A stretch of DNA of 56,491 nucleotides from Mustelus asterias. Lineage: Eukaryota. This document shows, one piece after another, positions 35,808 to 47,794 of this stretch (position 1 is its first letter; each line of letters starts with the position of its first letter). The translations under genes were made by a program, and so were the position numbers. Below the pieces are notes generated by a model, which was not told the origin of the DNA, did no database searches, and was given only the letters and a program-made list of their open reading frames with translations. The stretch lies in the NCBI RefSeq assembly GCF_964213995.1, contig NC_135828.1, positions 20,708,001 through 20,764,491 of the forward strand, written 5' to 3'.

Positions 35808-35992
35808 AAAGGCAAAATACTGCGGATGCTGGAATCTGAAACAAAAACAGCAAATCTCAGCAGGTTTGACAGCATCTGTGGCGAGAGAATAGAGCTCTGA
35901 TGAGGGGTCATCCAGACTCGAAACACTGGCTCGATTCTCTCTCCACAGATGCTGTCAGACCTGCTAAGATGTTCTAGCATTTTCTGCTTTTG
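35808..35992. mobile_element. Penelope-like inverted repeat with a central hammerhead ribozyme motif
   Basis: Arms cagcaggtttgacagcatctgtggcgagagaatagagc / gctcgattctctctccacagatgctgtcagacctgcta flank CTGATGA...GAAAC. Confidence 0.7.
35892..35932 (+). ncRNA. Minimal type I hammerhead ribozyme motif, probably degenerate
   Basis: GAGCT-CTGATGA-G-GGGTC-atcca-GACTC-GAAA-CACT-GGCTC: helix I, conserved core and helix II are present; helix III and the cleavage triplet are non-canonical. Confidence 0.5.
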
Positions 35993-36563
35993 GGACAAAT
36001 TACAGATTTGCAATACATTCAGCATCCCCACTAACAATTCTAAATTATCGCTTGTATGTTACATCTGGGCGGTGGTCTGTTACAGTTCACTGGGAGTATT
36101 GAGTCTACGGCAAGATGCATTTTTACATGCATATTGTAACCTGGAGTTATGGATAGTGATGGCAGAGACTCCAACTCGCTTCCCATCACATGGTTGAGCA
36201 GGAACCTCTCCTGCTCTTACTATCTACAATTGGCCTGTATTTGAAAGGGTTGATACTCTACCTGTTTGGCTGCGTTTAGAACGTCCCTTCCTTGACCATC
36301 AGCTCCTGGGGTGGGATTCGAACCTGGAGCTCCTGGCTCAGAGGCAGGGACAGTAACAAGACTTCCTATGTGACATCTACAGCATATAAATCTTACCACT
36401 GTACGAAAAAAAAGTCTTTTGTTACCAAAATGGCAAAATTATGTTTCACTGTAAATTTCTTTGTCTGTTTTCGTGAGCATTGACATCACACTGTTTTCAA
36501 TGGTTGTGCATCTGTGATGATAACTATGTACTTTTCCTTGTTGTCTGTAATGTTAATATCACT

Positions 36564-36614
36564 AATAAACTGCAATTCTTTTACATAAAATCATCAACTT
36601 TTATTTTTAATAAA
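36564..36614 (+). terminator. Candidate polyadenylation signals of the ANTXR gene (AATAAA at 36564 and 36609)
   Basis: Two AATAAA hexamers in a U-rich, repeat-free stretch. An earlier AATAAA at 32664 is an alternative. No transcript evidence. Confidence 0.3.
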
Positions 36615-36774
36615 AGGGATGTAATTAACACATTGGTTGTAAGTTCGGCAAAAATTATCGTGTCCTTGGGTCGCAGTTTTGTATAATTACAGGAATTATG
36701 CTAGTTAATAAGGGCAAAAGTTTATTCTTGCAATATAAACCCAAAGCTGCAAAGATTAATATTAAAACATAAGT

Positions 36775-37062
36775 TTTTAAGTTTATTTATTAGTGTCACA
36801 AATAGACATATTAACGCTGCAATGAAGTTACTGTGAGAATCTACTAATTGCCACACTCTGGCACCTGTTCGGGTGCACTGAGGGAGACTTTAGCACAGCC
36901 GATGCACCTAACCAGCACGTCTTTCAGACTGTGGGAGGAAACCGGAGCACCCGGAGGGGGACGCATGCTGACACAGGGAGAATGTGCGGACTCCACGCAG
37001 ATAGTGACCCAAGCTGGGAATCGAACCCAGGTGCCTGATGCTGTGAGGCAGCAGTGCTAACG
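36775..37062 (-). mobile_element. V-SINE tail type B
   Basis: Same architecture as the other type-B copies. Confidence 0.8.
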
Positions 37063-37174
37063 ACCTTGTATAGTTGTATTTCAACACGATATTTTAAGCA
37101 TTTTAACTATGCTTATGTTTTTTAATACTTTTATAGATTCACTTTCCCATTTTTTTCTTTTATCTTTCCACTGC

Positions 37175-37935
37175 AGAATCACAGAATTGTTATGGTGCAA
37201 AAGGAGGCCATTCAGCCCAACATGGCTATACCAGCTGGCAGCAGTGTGCTTGCCTCCTCCCTGTACTGCCTACCTGCTCCCCATTTCTTTTCAAGTAATC
37301 TAATTCCCTCTTAAATGGCTTGATTGAACCTGCCTCCACCGCACTCTTGGGCAGTGCATTCCAGAATCACTCGCTACATGAAATAGTTCTTTCTCACATC
37401 GCTTTTGCTTCTTTTGCCAATTGCTGTAAATCTGTGCCCTCTGATTCTTGATCCTTTCATAAGATCATAGCATCCTACAGTGCAGAAGGAGGCCATTCGG
37501 CCCATCAAGTCTGCACCGACCACAATGCCACCCAGCCCTATCCCCAATAACCCCATGTATTTACCCTAGCTAGTCCCACTGACGCTAAGGGGCAATTTAG
37601 CATAGTCAATCAACCTAACCCGCACATTTTTGGAGTGTGGGAAGAAACCAGGGCACCTGGAGGAAACTCACGCAGACATGGGGAGAACGTGCAAACTCCA
37701 CACAAACAGTGACCCAAGCCGGGAATCGAACCCGGGTACCTGGCGCTTTGAGGCAGCAGTGCTAACCACCGTGCTACCGTAGCGCCGCACGAGTGGGAAC
37801 AGCTTCTCCCTATCTACCCTGTCCAGACCCCTCATTTTTGAATACCTCAATCAAATCTCCTCTCAGCTTTCTTTTCCCGAAGGAAGAGAGCCCTAAGTTC
37901 TCCAATCTCACTTCACAACCAAAGTTCCTCATCTG
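37175..37935 (-). mobile_element. CR1 3' fragment with nested HE1 SINE (about 37457-37788)
   Basis: RGLDRVDREKLFPLV and GSRIRGHRF halves flank the SINE. Confidence 0.8.
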
Positions 37936-38139
37936 ACTTGTTTGTAATGTTATCAAAATTCCGAAGGAAACTCTTCAAAACATGCCATGGGCAGGGATTC
38001 TCCAGTCCCGCTGCAATGAATGGAGTTTTGGCTGAGCGCCAAATTCTCTGTTCTCATTGGCGGTGATGCGTGAATGGCCGGAGAGTTCCGCTTTGGAAGG
38101 GCACAGATGATGGCAAATAGATGCTAAGGATGTCAAGAC

Positions 38140-38460
38140 TCACCTTTGATTCGGTCTTTGTGTGGTCAGCAGCAATGGACACAGTGCTGTTCTCCACAAA
38201 ACCATCCAAATAGTGTTTCATTTACTTGTAACGATGCAGGTGCCTTGACTTGCCACAGAATGAAGACAGTGTGGCTGCTTCCTGGAAAAAGGCCACTGAT
38301 CTGTCTGCTGACATTCCTGAGGTCACATACCACCTTAACTGAGCATAGCCCGCCCTCTCTTCCCGAAGGCCGAAGGGTTTGTAGTGACATCCCGACTAAA
38401 GGCATCTCTCTCCACCCAAGGAAACCCTTCCATCTATGAAATCCCTTCATCCTGTCCATT
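38140..38460 (-). mobile_element. Possible very old Gypsy reverse transcriptase relic
   Basis: DLRNVSRQI...GLF...KAPASLQ, then YLDG in another frame, resemble DL.SGY.QI / GLKNAPATFQ / YLDD in the right order; weak. Confidence 0.3.
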
Positions 38461-39041
38461 TGTTGCTTTGTTCAACAGGGATAGGGGGCAAAAGTGGCAA
38501 CCCCCCGCCACCTTCCCCTTTGCAAATGTAGTTGTTGGCACATCCCTTTTATGTGTGCAATATTGCAGACTCCTTGATGTAGCAGCTGTCTCTTGGTGGC
38601 TTGGAAGGAACCAGCTGCACAAAAGCTTCTTGCTGTGATAATGACTTGTACAGGAAGAGCTTTACACGATCCAGATGTGGCGTGCAGATCATTGGCACTA
38701 CTGTCTTGTGAGGCTGAGTCAACAACAACAGGTCTCTTCCGGGCATAGAATTTTACAGCATACGTCAGGACGTTCAGCCCATCATCGTTCTGTCAATGTT
38801 TAAGCTTCACATAAACCTCATCCAATCTTATTTAACCTCACCCTATCAAAATGTCCTTCCATTCATTTCTCTCACACGTGCTTATCGCTCTCCCACTCTG
38901 GTCCACTTTAGTTTATTATAGTCCACTGTTGGTTTCATTTACAGTACCAGGGTCTATCTGGCTCAGGCTCTTAGGATGCAGGCATGTCCACACATAACCA
39001 CTGGGGATACTTACAGCAGAGGACAAATGAATTGATTGTCC

Positions 39042-40570
39042 TGGCACGTTGGCACAGTGGTTAGCACTGCTGCCTCACAGCGCCAGGGACCCGAGTTCGG
39101 TTCCTAGCTTGGGTCACTGTCACTGCGGAGTTTGCACGTTCTCCCCATGTCTGCGTGGGTTTCCTCCAGGTGCTCCGGTTTCCTCCCACAGTCCGAAAGA
39201 CAAAGAACAAAGAACAGTACAGCACAGGAAACAGGCCCTTCGGCCCTCCAAGCCTGTACCGCTCATTGGTCCAACTCGACCATTCGTTTGTATCCCTCCA
39301 TTCCCAGACTGCTCATGTGACTGTCCAGGTAAGTCTTAAACGATGTCAGCGTGTCTGCTTCCACCACCCTACTTGGCAGCGCATTCCAGGTCCCCACCTG
39401 TGTAAAAAACGTTCCTCTGATATCTGAGTTATACCTCGTCCCTCTCACCTTGAGCCCGTGACCCCTCATGATTGTCACCTCCGACCTGGGAAAAATCTTC
39501 CCACTGTTCACCCTATCTATACCCGTCATAATTTTGTACACCTCTATTAGGTCTCCCCTCATTCTCCGTCTTTCCAGGGAGAACAAGCCCAGTTTACCCA
39601 ATCTCTCCTCATAGCTAAGACCCTCCATACCAGGCAACATCCTGGTAAACCTTCTCTGCACTCTCTCTAAAGCCTCCACGTCCTTCTGGTAGTGCGGCGA
39701 CCAGAACTGGACGCAGTACTCCAAATGTGGCCTAACCAGCATTCTATACAGCTGCAACATCAGGCTCCAGCTTTTATACTCTATACCCCGTCCTATAAAG
39801 GCAAGCATACCATATGCCTTCTTCACCACCTTCTCCACCTGTGCTGCCACCTTCAAGGATTTGTGGACTTGTACGCCCAGGTCCCTCTGTGTTTCTATAC
39901 TCTTGATGGCTCTGCCATTTATTGTATAACTCCCCCTTACATTAGTTCTTCCAAAATGCATCACTTCGCATTTATCTGGATTAAATTCCATCTGCCATTT
40001 CTCCGCCCAATTTTCCAGCCTATCTATATCCTGCTGTATTGTCCGACAATGTTCATCGCTATCCGCGAGTCCAGCCATCTTCGTGTCATCCGCAAACTTG
40101 CTGATAACACCAGTTACACCTTCTTCCAAATCATTTATATATATCACAAATAGCAGAGATCCCAGTACAGAGCCCTACGGAACACCACTGGTCACAGACC
40201 TCCAGCCGGAAAAAGACCCTTTGACTGTTACCCTCTGTCTCCTGTGGCCAAGCCAGTTTTCTACCCATCTAGCCACCTCTCCTTGTATCCCATGAGCCTT
40301 AACCTTCTTAACCAACCTGCCATGAGGGACTTTGTCAAATGCCTTACTGAAATCCACACAGACGACATCCACGGCCCTTCCTTCGTCAACTGTTTTTGTC
40401 ATTTCCTCAAAAAACTCCTCAAAAGACATGCTGGTTAGGTGTATTAACCATGCTAAACTCTCCCTCAGTGTACCCAAACAGGTGCCTGAGTGTCGCGACT
40501 AGGGGTTTTCACAGTAACTTCATTGCAGTGTTAATATAAGCCTACTTGTGACACTAATAAATAAACTTAA
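39042..40570 (+). mobile_element. V-SINE tail type B split by an antisense CR1 insertion
   Basis: SINE halves at 39042-39202 and 40422-40570. Confidence 0.85.
39203..40421 (-). mobile_element. 5'-truncated CR1 LINE (RT to 3' end) with 7-bp TSD
   Basis: ORFs with DFSKAFDKVPHGRL and ISKFADDTK; (TGTTCTT)n tail; AAAGACA duplicated at 39196-39202 and 40422-40428. Confidence 0.93.
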
Positions 40571-40596
40571 CAAATTACAAGTTGCAGCTTGTAATA

Positions 40597-40985
40597 GGGG
40601 AGGTGGTGGCCTAGTGGTATTATGGCTGGACTATTAAACCAGCCAATGTTCTGGGGACTCGGATTCGAATCCCGCCACGGCAGATGGTGGAATTTGAATT
40701 CAATAAAAAATATCTGGAATTAAGAATCTACTGATGACCATGAAACCATTGTCGATTGTCGGAAAAACCCATCTGGTTCACGAATGTCCCTTAGGGAAGG
40801 AAATCTGCCACCCTTACCTGGTCTGGCCTACATGTGAATCCAGAGCCACAGCAATGTGGTTAACTCTTAACTACCCTCTAAAACGGCCTAGCAAACCATT
40901 CAGTTCAAGGGCAACTAGGGATGGACAATAAATGCTGGCCAGCCAGCGACACCCATGTCCCACGAATGAATAAAATAAAAAAAAG
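40597..40985 (+). mobile_element. tRNA-derived SINE group 3
   Basis: Complete copy, followed by a type-B SINE tail fragment (40986-41097). Confidence 0.85.
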
Positions 40986-41434
40986 CTTCCTTAGTGTACC
41001 CGAACAGGTGCCAGAGTGTGGCAACTAGGGGAGTTTCACAGTAACTTCATTGCAGTGTTAATTTAAGCCTACGTGTGACACTAATAAATAAACTTTAATT
41101 TGTTAACCATTCACATACTCTTGTTCCCTGCATGAAACATGCAATGTGTTTGGAATGCGAATCTTAAAAATTACATTTCTCCTTTAAGGGCTTAGATTAT
41201 CAAGCAAATCCCATCACCCATTTTCACCCAGTTCCCCTACAAACCCAGCTTGGTCCAAATTACCTGCCTAAACCTTTATACAAAGGCTGCCAACCCTCCA
41301 GGGTTGGCCTGGAGTCTCCAGGAATTGAAGATGACGACACTGCTGTGTGCGACCCTGGAGAGACATCATTAATTTTCTTTCAACATTTCTCCTTGCCAGA
41401 TATAAGAATATTGAAAATGGGAAGAAAAAACTCC

Positions 41435-41690
41435 ACACTGTCTGTACGGAGTCTGCACGTTCTCCCCATGTCTGCGTGGGTTCCCTCCGGATACACAGTT
41501 TCCTCCCACTCTCCAAAGATGTGCTAAATTGTCCCTTAGTGTCCCAGGTTTTTGGGTTAGGGGGATTAGCCGAGTAATTATGTGGGGTCATGGGGCTAGG
41601 GCCTGGGTAGGATGCTGTGTCGAAGAGTCGGTGCAGACTCGATGGGCCGAATGGCCTCCTTCTGCACTGTAGGGATTCTGTGACTCTGTG
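41435..41690 (+). mobile_element. HE1-type SINE, 5' truncated
   Basis: V-domain to tail. Confidence 0.8.
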
Positions 41691-42224
41691 AAAAAAGGTC
41701 TGTTTGACTAATAGTCGAGCATCTGTCAATTGGGTAATGAGTCTTTTGCTTTCTAATTGGTGTAGGAAGACAGTGTGTCACAAGGATGGATGTGTTGGCT
41801 GATTGATGGCTGGAACATGGGGACAAGCCGTGAGATGAAACCTCCAGGGATATATTTAACCACAGTTGGTAACCCTAACAGGCATGCACCGTGTGATCAT
41901 ACAGCCCCAAAATAAGCCATTGGAAATTTGAGCATCCCATCAATTAGGTGCTAGGGAGCCTGTACTCGGTTTTCCAACTTCCACTGTGCGCCATGCATCG
42001 AGGCGCCTTTAAGTGGACAGTCTGAGTGTGACCATAATTTATCTTTCACTCAAATTAGGCTGTCGGATTTGATAGGACGTTATCCAGGTGACATGTCACT
42101 GAGACTGCCTTTTACATTTGCGTAATCTATCAACAGAAGTAACCAGAAATGGTCTCAATGGACAAAGCTCTCAACCCACACGCAGTGCACCTGAAACCCC
42201 TGTTACAAGCCACTAACAAATGAA

Positions 42225-42682
42225 CACAGAATCCCTATAGTGCAGAAGGAAGCCATTCGGCCCATTGGGTCTGCACCAACTCTTCAACAGAGCATCAAGG
42301 CCCACCCCCTACCCTATCCCCATAACCCCACATATTTACCCCACTAATCCCCCTAACCTACACATCTTTGGACACAAAGGGGCAATTTAGCATGGCCAAT
42401 CCACCTAACCTGCACATCTTTAGACACTAAGGGGCAATTTATCATGACCAATCCACCTAACCTGCACATCTTTGGACACTAACGGTCAATTTTAGCATGG
42501 CCAATCCACCTGAACTGCACATCTTTGGAGTGTGGGAAGAAACCGGAGCGCTCGGAGGAAACCCACGCAGACACGGGGAGAATGTGCAAACTCCACACAG
42601 ACAGTCACCCGAGGCTGGAATCGAACTCGGGTCCTTGGCGCTGTGAGGCAGCAGTGCTAACCATTGTGCCACCGTGCCGCCT
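42225..42682 (-). mobile_element. HE1-type SINE with three ~52-bp units
   Basis: Full architecture. Confidence 0.88.
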
Positions 42683-43271
42683 GTAAGGCTCTGTTCAATA
42701 TCAATTTAAAACAGCTATATGGATAAAAATGAAGCTGAGTCATATAGAGTAGGTTCAAACTGCGATGTTCAGCCAGGGTGACAGAGAGAGTTGGTACAGT
42801 TGGCCTTAATGCCCCGGGGGCCGGCCAGAGGGAAGCCAGTCAGAGCTTCCTAATTTGATCATTATCCATCCCCTTGATGTCGAGTGTGTCCGCGGATGTC
42901 AGTTGAAGACAGGCTCATGCTCACAGTTCAATAACCTGGTGACAATCAGTGTCAAGGGGCTCACCTGTGAAATGGCTGCTGGGATACCAGAGGGCGGTGG
43001 GCACCTTTGAACCGGAGCTCAGGCTGACAGCACCTTCAGGGGTGAGGCAGGGAGAACCAGTCTGAAAGAAGTGACCTCAGAAAGCAACGTAAAGCTTAAT
43101 AAAACATGAAAGGGATCATGGTACAAAATATCGTATACATAGCTAAGTGTCACCTTGACTTAGTTTGCAGCATTTTCAGCTCTGAATAAGAAAGCTTAAC
43201 GTCCACTCCAGGATTTCTGTGTGTTATTTAGCCAGCTACTTTAGTGCCATAATGAGAGAGTGCTACACTGT

Positions 43272-43990
43272 TCATAGAATCATAGAATCCCTACAGTGCA
43301 GAAGGAGACCATTCGGCCCATCGAGTCTTCACCGACCACAATCCCATACAGGCCCTATCCCCATGACCCCTCATATTTACCCTGCTAATCCCCCTGATCC
43401 TAGGATTAATTTAGCATGGCCAATCCACCTAACCTGCACATCTTTGGACACTAAGGGACAATTTAGCATGGCCAATCCACCTAACCTGCACATCTTTGGA
43501 CACTATGGGACAATTTAGCATGGCCAATCCACCTAAAGGGGCAGCACGGTAGCACAGTGGTTAGCACAGCTGCCCCACAGTGCCAGGGACCCGAGTTTCA
43601 ATCCCGGCCTTGGGTCACTGTCTGTGTGGAGTTTTGCACGTTCTCCCCGTGTCTGCGTGGGTTTCCTCCGGGTGCTCCGGTTTCCTCCCACATTCTGAAA
43701 GACTGTGCTGGCTAGGTGCATTGACCCGAATAGGCTGTGGCGACGAGGGGAATTTCACAGTAACTTCATTGCAATGTTAATGTAAGGCTTACTTGTGACT
43801 AATAAATAAACTCTACTCTAACCCTCACATCTTTGGAGTGCGGAAGGAAACGGGAGCACCCGGAGGAAACCCACGCAGACACGGGGAGGATGTGCAGACT
43901 CCACACAGACAATGACCTGAGGCCGGAATTGAGCCCGAGTCCCTGGCACTATGAAGCAGCAGTGCTACCACTGTGCCACCATGCCGCCCC
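43272..43990 (-). mobile_element. HE1-type SINE with a type-B V-SINE (about 43538-43817, +) nested in opposite orientation
   Basis: HE1 repeat unit is broken at ccacctaa and resumes at ctaaccctcacatc. Confidence 0.85.
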
Positions 43991-44127
43991 ACACATCCTG
44001 TCAGAGGTAACGTCTGGCGGATGAGTTATCTTCCCCCCGCTTAGGGTGGAAATAATATTTTTTTAAATCATGTGGATTTAAAAAGAGGATTTTCACACTC
44101 TCCTGATTAACATCCCTTCCTCATTCA

Positions 44128-44440
44128 AGGGTGGAAGTGTCAATTACAAGGGGGCACAGGTTCAAGGTGAGAGGGGGGGAGTTTAAGGGAGATGTGCGGG
44201 GGAAGTTTTTCACGCAGAGAGTGGTGGGTGCCTGGAACGCGCTGCCAGAGGAGGTGGTGGAAGCAGGCACATTAGCAACATTTAAGAGGCATCTGGATGG
44301 GTACATGAATAGAGAGGGAATAGAGGGATACGGACCGAGTAAGGGCAGAAGGTTTATTTTAGTTTAGTTAGGGCATCATGATCGGGAAGGCCTTGGAGGG
44401 CCGAAGGGCCTGTTCCTGTGCCTTTCTTTGTTCTTTGTTC
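44128..44440 (+). mobile_element. CR1 3' fragment
   Basis: RGHRFKVRGGEFKGDVRGKFFTQRVV; (ttctttg)n tail. Confidence 0.88.
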
Positions 44441-44885
44441 TCATTCATTCCGTGTTTCTGTGGTCTGAAACTGGCTGCTGTGGTTAGCGTACCCACATTC
44501 AAAAGTAATCCATTTCCGTTTGGTCACAGGGAACCATTTCAAGTGCAAGCTCAGCATTGAACGTTATGCTTCAGTTAATTTGTTAAACTCTCTTTTTTTG
44601 TTCGGCTTTCAGACATCATTTCAGTGTCCTCAGAAATAACGGGTTCAGGCAAACATACTAGGGGATCTGGGGAAGAATCTCACACTGCCTGCCTTCCAAG
44701 GGTATTAAAGGTGGTGAAGATATGATTGAATGAGCCTTGGTTCCTGGTATTTAACCTGAATCTTGGCAGTCTGAGTGGTGGCGAAAGCTGATGCCTGCCC
44801 TGCGTGATATGTCCCCGAGGTGTGTTAAGATGCAGCAAGGCTAACTCAACATCTTGTTTGATAACTGGGCCTTCTCTTCCAGATG

Positions 44886-45008
44886 TTACAAAGAACTTCC
44901 ATTCTGGACCAGCGCAGAGCCAGGAACAACCCCATTAAAGGAACGCCTTTGTCCTCTTGTAATGTCACCATTAACATCAGCATTGCGGACCACAATATCA
45001 TCGGAGAC
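44886..45008 (-). other. Candidate minus-strand terminal exon (coding status unknown)
   Basis: Good acceptor tgcttctgttgttctgtag, then 40 open codons to TAA (VSDDIVVRNAD...VQNGSSL*); no recognised homology. Confidence 0.25.
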
Positions 45009-45034
45009 CTACAGAACAACAGAAGCAACATGAT

Positions 45035-45337
45035 GGGCGCAGTGGTTAGCACTGCTGCCTCACAGCACCAGGGACCCAGGTTCGATTCCCGGCTTGGGTC
45101 ACTGTCTGTGCAGAGTTTGCACGTTCTCCCCGTGTCTGCGTGGGTTTCCTCCGGGTACTCCGTATTTCTCCCACAATGCGAAAGACATGCTGGTTAGGTG
45201 CATTGACCGTGCTAAATTCTTCCTCAATGTACCCGAACAGGCACAGGAGAGTGGCGAGTAGGGGATTTTCACAGTAATTTCACTACAGTGTTAATGTAAG
45301 CCTACTTATGACAATAATAAATAAACTTTAAACTTAA
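45035..45337 (+). mobile_element. V-SINE tail type B
   Basis: Same architecture as the other type-B copies. Confidence 0.85.
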
Positions 45338-45519
45338 AACTGGTTTTCCTGAACCCCACGATTGCCGGATTGCTTTGGTGGGCCTCGGTAAGATGCTCTG
45401 TTGGAGAGTCGGTGCAGACTCGATGGGCTGAATGGTCTCCTGCACTGCGAGGATTCTATGATTCAATTGATGTTGTCAAAGTGAAATGTCGTTGCAAGTA
45501 TCATTTCCTTTAGGTGTTG

Positions 45520-47228
45520 GGGGTGATTCTCCGATCTTGCCGCGCCTGGCACAGACAGTGCGGTCCCGGAGAATGGTGTGCTAGCCTAAAAATACAAATA
45601 GGCGGCAAACAACTTGCAAGTTTCCCAGCCCCTTCCTAATGGTGCGAGCCGGATCGCACCCAGAAAGGACGCAAGCCCGATTAGCATATTTAATGTAGCA
45701 TTTAAATATACTTCGCCTGTTCAATCCCAGTGCACGGAATTCTACGGGCTTCAAGCGCGACACAATAAGGTTAAGAATCACTACTGGTGTCCACTAGTGG
45801 AGACTCGGCACCATGGTCACGCCAGGAGGTTTGGAGGCCAATGAAGCCCTCGAGTCGTCTCGGGCTTGGCCGGGCAGTGCCCATCGGGACCCAACTGTCA
45901 CGCTGGCAGTGCCTGGCAGTGAGCACCGGCGAGTTGGATCGGATCTCAGACAATGACGAGACAGAGAACAGGAATGAGATAGAGAATCTGGTGAACTGGT
46001 ACGACCACAATAATCTCTCCCTCAGTGTCAACAAAACGAAGGAGATTGTCATCAACTTCAGGAAGCTTAAAGGAGAACATGTTCCTGTCTACATTAACGG
46101 GGACGAAGTAGAAAGGGTCGAGAGCTTCAAGTTTTTGGGTGTCCAGATGATCAACAACCTGTCCTGGTCCCCCCATGCCGACACTATAGTTAAGAAAGCC
46201 CACCAACGCCTCTACGTTCTCAGAAGACTAAGGAAATTTGGCATGTCAGCTACAACTCTCACCAACGTTTACAGAAGCACCATAGAAAGCATTCTTTCTG
46301 GTTGTATCACAGCTTGGTATGGCTCCTGCTCTGCCCAAGACCGCAAGAAACTACAAAATGTCGTGAATGTAGCCCAATCCATCACACAAACCATCCTCCC
46401 ATCCATTGACTCTGTCTACACTTCCCGCTGCCTCGGAAAAGCAGCCAGCATAATCAAGGACCCCACGCACCCCGGACATTCTCTCTTCCACCTTCTTCCG
46501 TTGGGAAAAAGATACAAAAGTCTGAGGTCACGTACCAACCGACTCAAGAACAGCTTCTTCCCTGCTGCTGTCAGACTTTTGAATGGACCTAACTTGCACT
46601 AAGTTGATCTTTCTCTACACCCTAGCTATGACTGTAACACTACATTCTGCACCCTCTCCTTTCCTTCTCTATGTACGGTATGCTTTGTCTGTATAGCGCG
46701 CAAGAAACAATACTTTTCACTGTATGTTAATACACGTGGCAATAATAAATCAAATCAAAATCAAATCAAATTGTGCACCGGGGCAGTGGGGGCCATGACA
46801 GGGGCACTGTGCAAGGGAGGGGGGGTTCTGATAGGGGGGTATTGTGCAGGGTGGATTGTGCAGGTGGTCTCAATGGGAGGGCATGTTGGGGGTGTTGATA
46901 GGCAGATATGTTGGGGAACCCATTGGGAGAGCTCCAATGCTGCCTAGCCGTGTTGGGGAGGGTTCAGGGGTACATGCTGCTGATGGGGGTTGGGGTGGGC
47001 CCAATGTCTGCAGGGGGGATGGAGGGTGTCTTTCAGCGCACTCTGAGATCGGGGCACCCTTGCGAAACAGCGCCCGAGCTCTCAGAACCCAGGGTGTTTA
47101 GCACCAGCCTGAAACTCCCATCTCCTCCAAAACAATGAGTGATTGCGGTGCGGAGCACGCCGGAGAGACCGCCGCGGACCACTCCATTATTCTCACCATT
47201 ATTAGAAATTCTTTGGAAGAATTCCACC
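45520..47228. mobile_element. Non-autonomous GC-rich TIR element interrupted by a Rex1/Babar LINE
   Basis: Termini ggggtgattctcc ... gaagaattccaccc belong to the same TIR family as the MITEs. Confidence 0.55.
45935..46770 (+). mobile_element. 5'-truncated Rex1/Babar LINE (RT C-terminus plus 3'UTR)
   Basis: NNLSLSVNKTKEIVINFRK, FKFLGV, KKAHQRLYVLRRLRKF, IESILSGCITAWYG and RTNRLKNSFFPAAVRLLN; (TCAAA)n tail. Confidence 0.9.
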
Positions 47229-47250
47229 CAATGTATCAGCTGAATTAACA

Positions 47251-47554
47251 AGTTAAAGTTAAAGTTTATTTATTAGTCACAAGTAGGCTTACATTAACAC
47301 TGCAATGAAGTTACTGTGAAAATTCCCGAGTCGCCAAATTCCAGCGCCTGTTCGGGTACACTGAGGGAGCATTTAGCACGGCCAATGCACCTAACCAGCA
47401 CATCTTTCAGACTGGGGGAGGAAACCGGAGCACCCGGAGGAAACCCACGCAGACACGGGGAGAACGTGCAGACTCCACACAGACAGTGACCCAAGCCGGG
47501 AATTGAACCCGGGTCCCTGGCGCTGTGAGGCAGCAGTGCTAACCACTGTGCCAC
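47251..47554 (-). mobile_element. V-SINE tail type B, young-looking
   Basis: Close to the apparent consensus; (aacttt)n end. Confidence 0.88.
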
Positions 47555-47794
47555 TTCCAAGAGCAGTAATGTTCTTAATGGACTGAAGGAAGTGCAAGAA
47601 ACCCGCAAAAATATTGAGATAGTTTCAGGATTTCTCTGTACCAGGTGAATGGATGATATTATGCATCTGCTTCTGCAGATTTTTCTTGAGGGAAGTCAGA
47701 ATTGGTTTATTTACCACTATAACACTACAAGTTCAGTAGTTAAGGCAGATATTCGAGTCCTGGGTAGGCTGATGTGCAGCACCTGAAGGAAGTG

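Noticed and set aside
42600-42682. tRNA genes at SINE heads (A/B boxes)
   Set aside because: They run directly into the V-domain and lack a proper cloverleaf 3' end; they are SINE promoters.
45787-46602. 271-aa ORF as a host gene
   Set aside because: Rex1/Babar RT C-terminus fortuitously in frame with flanking TIR-element sequence.
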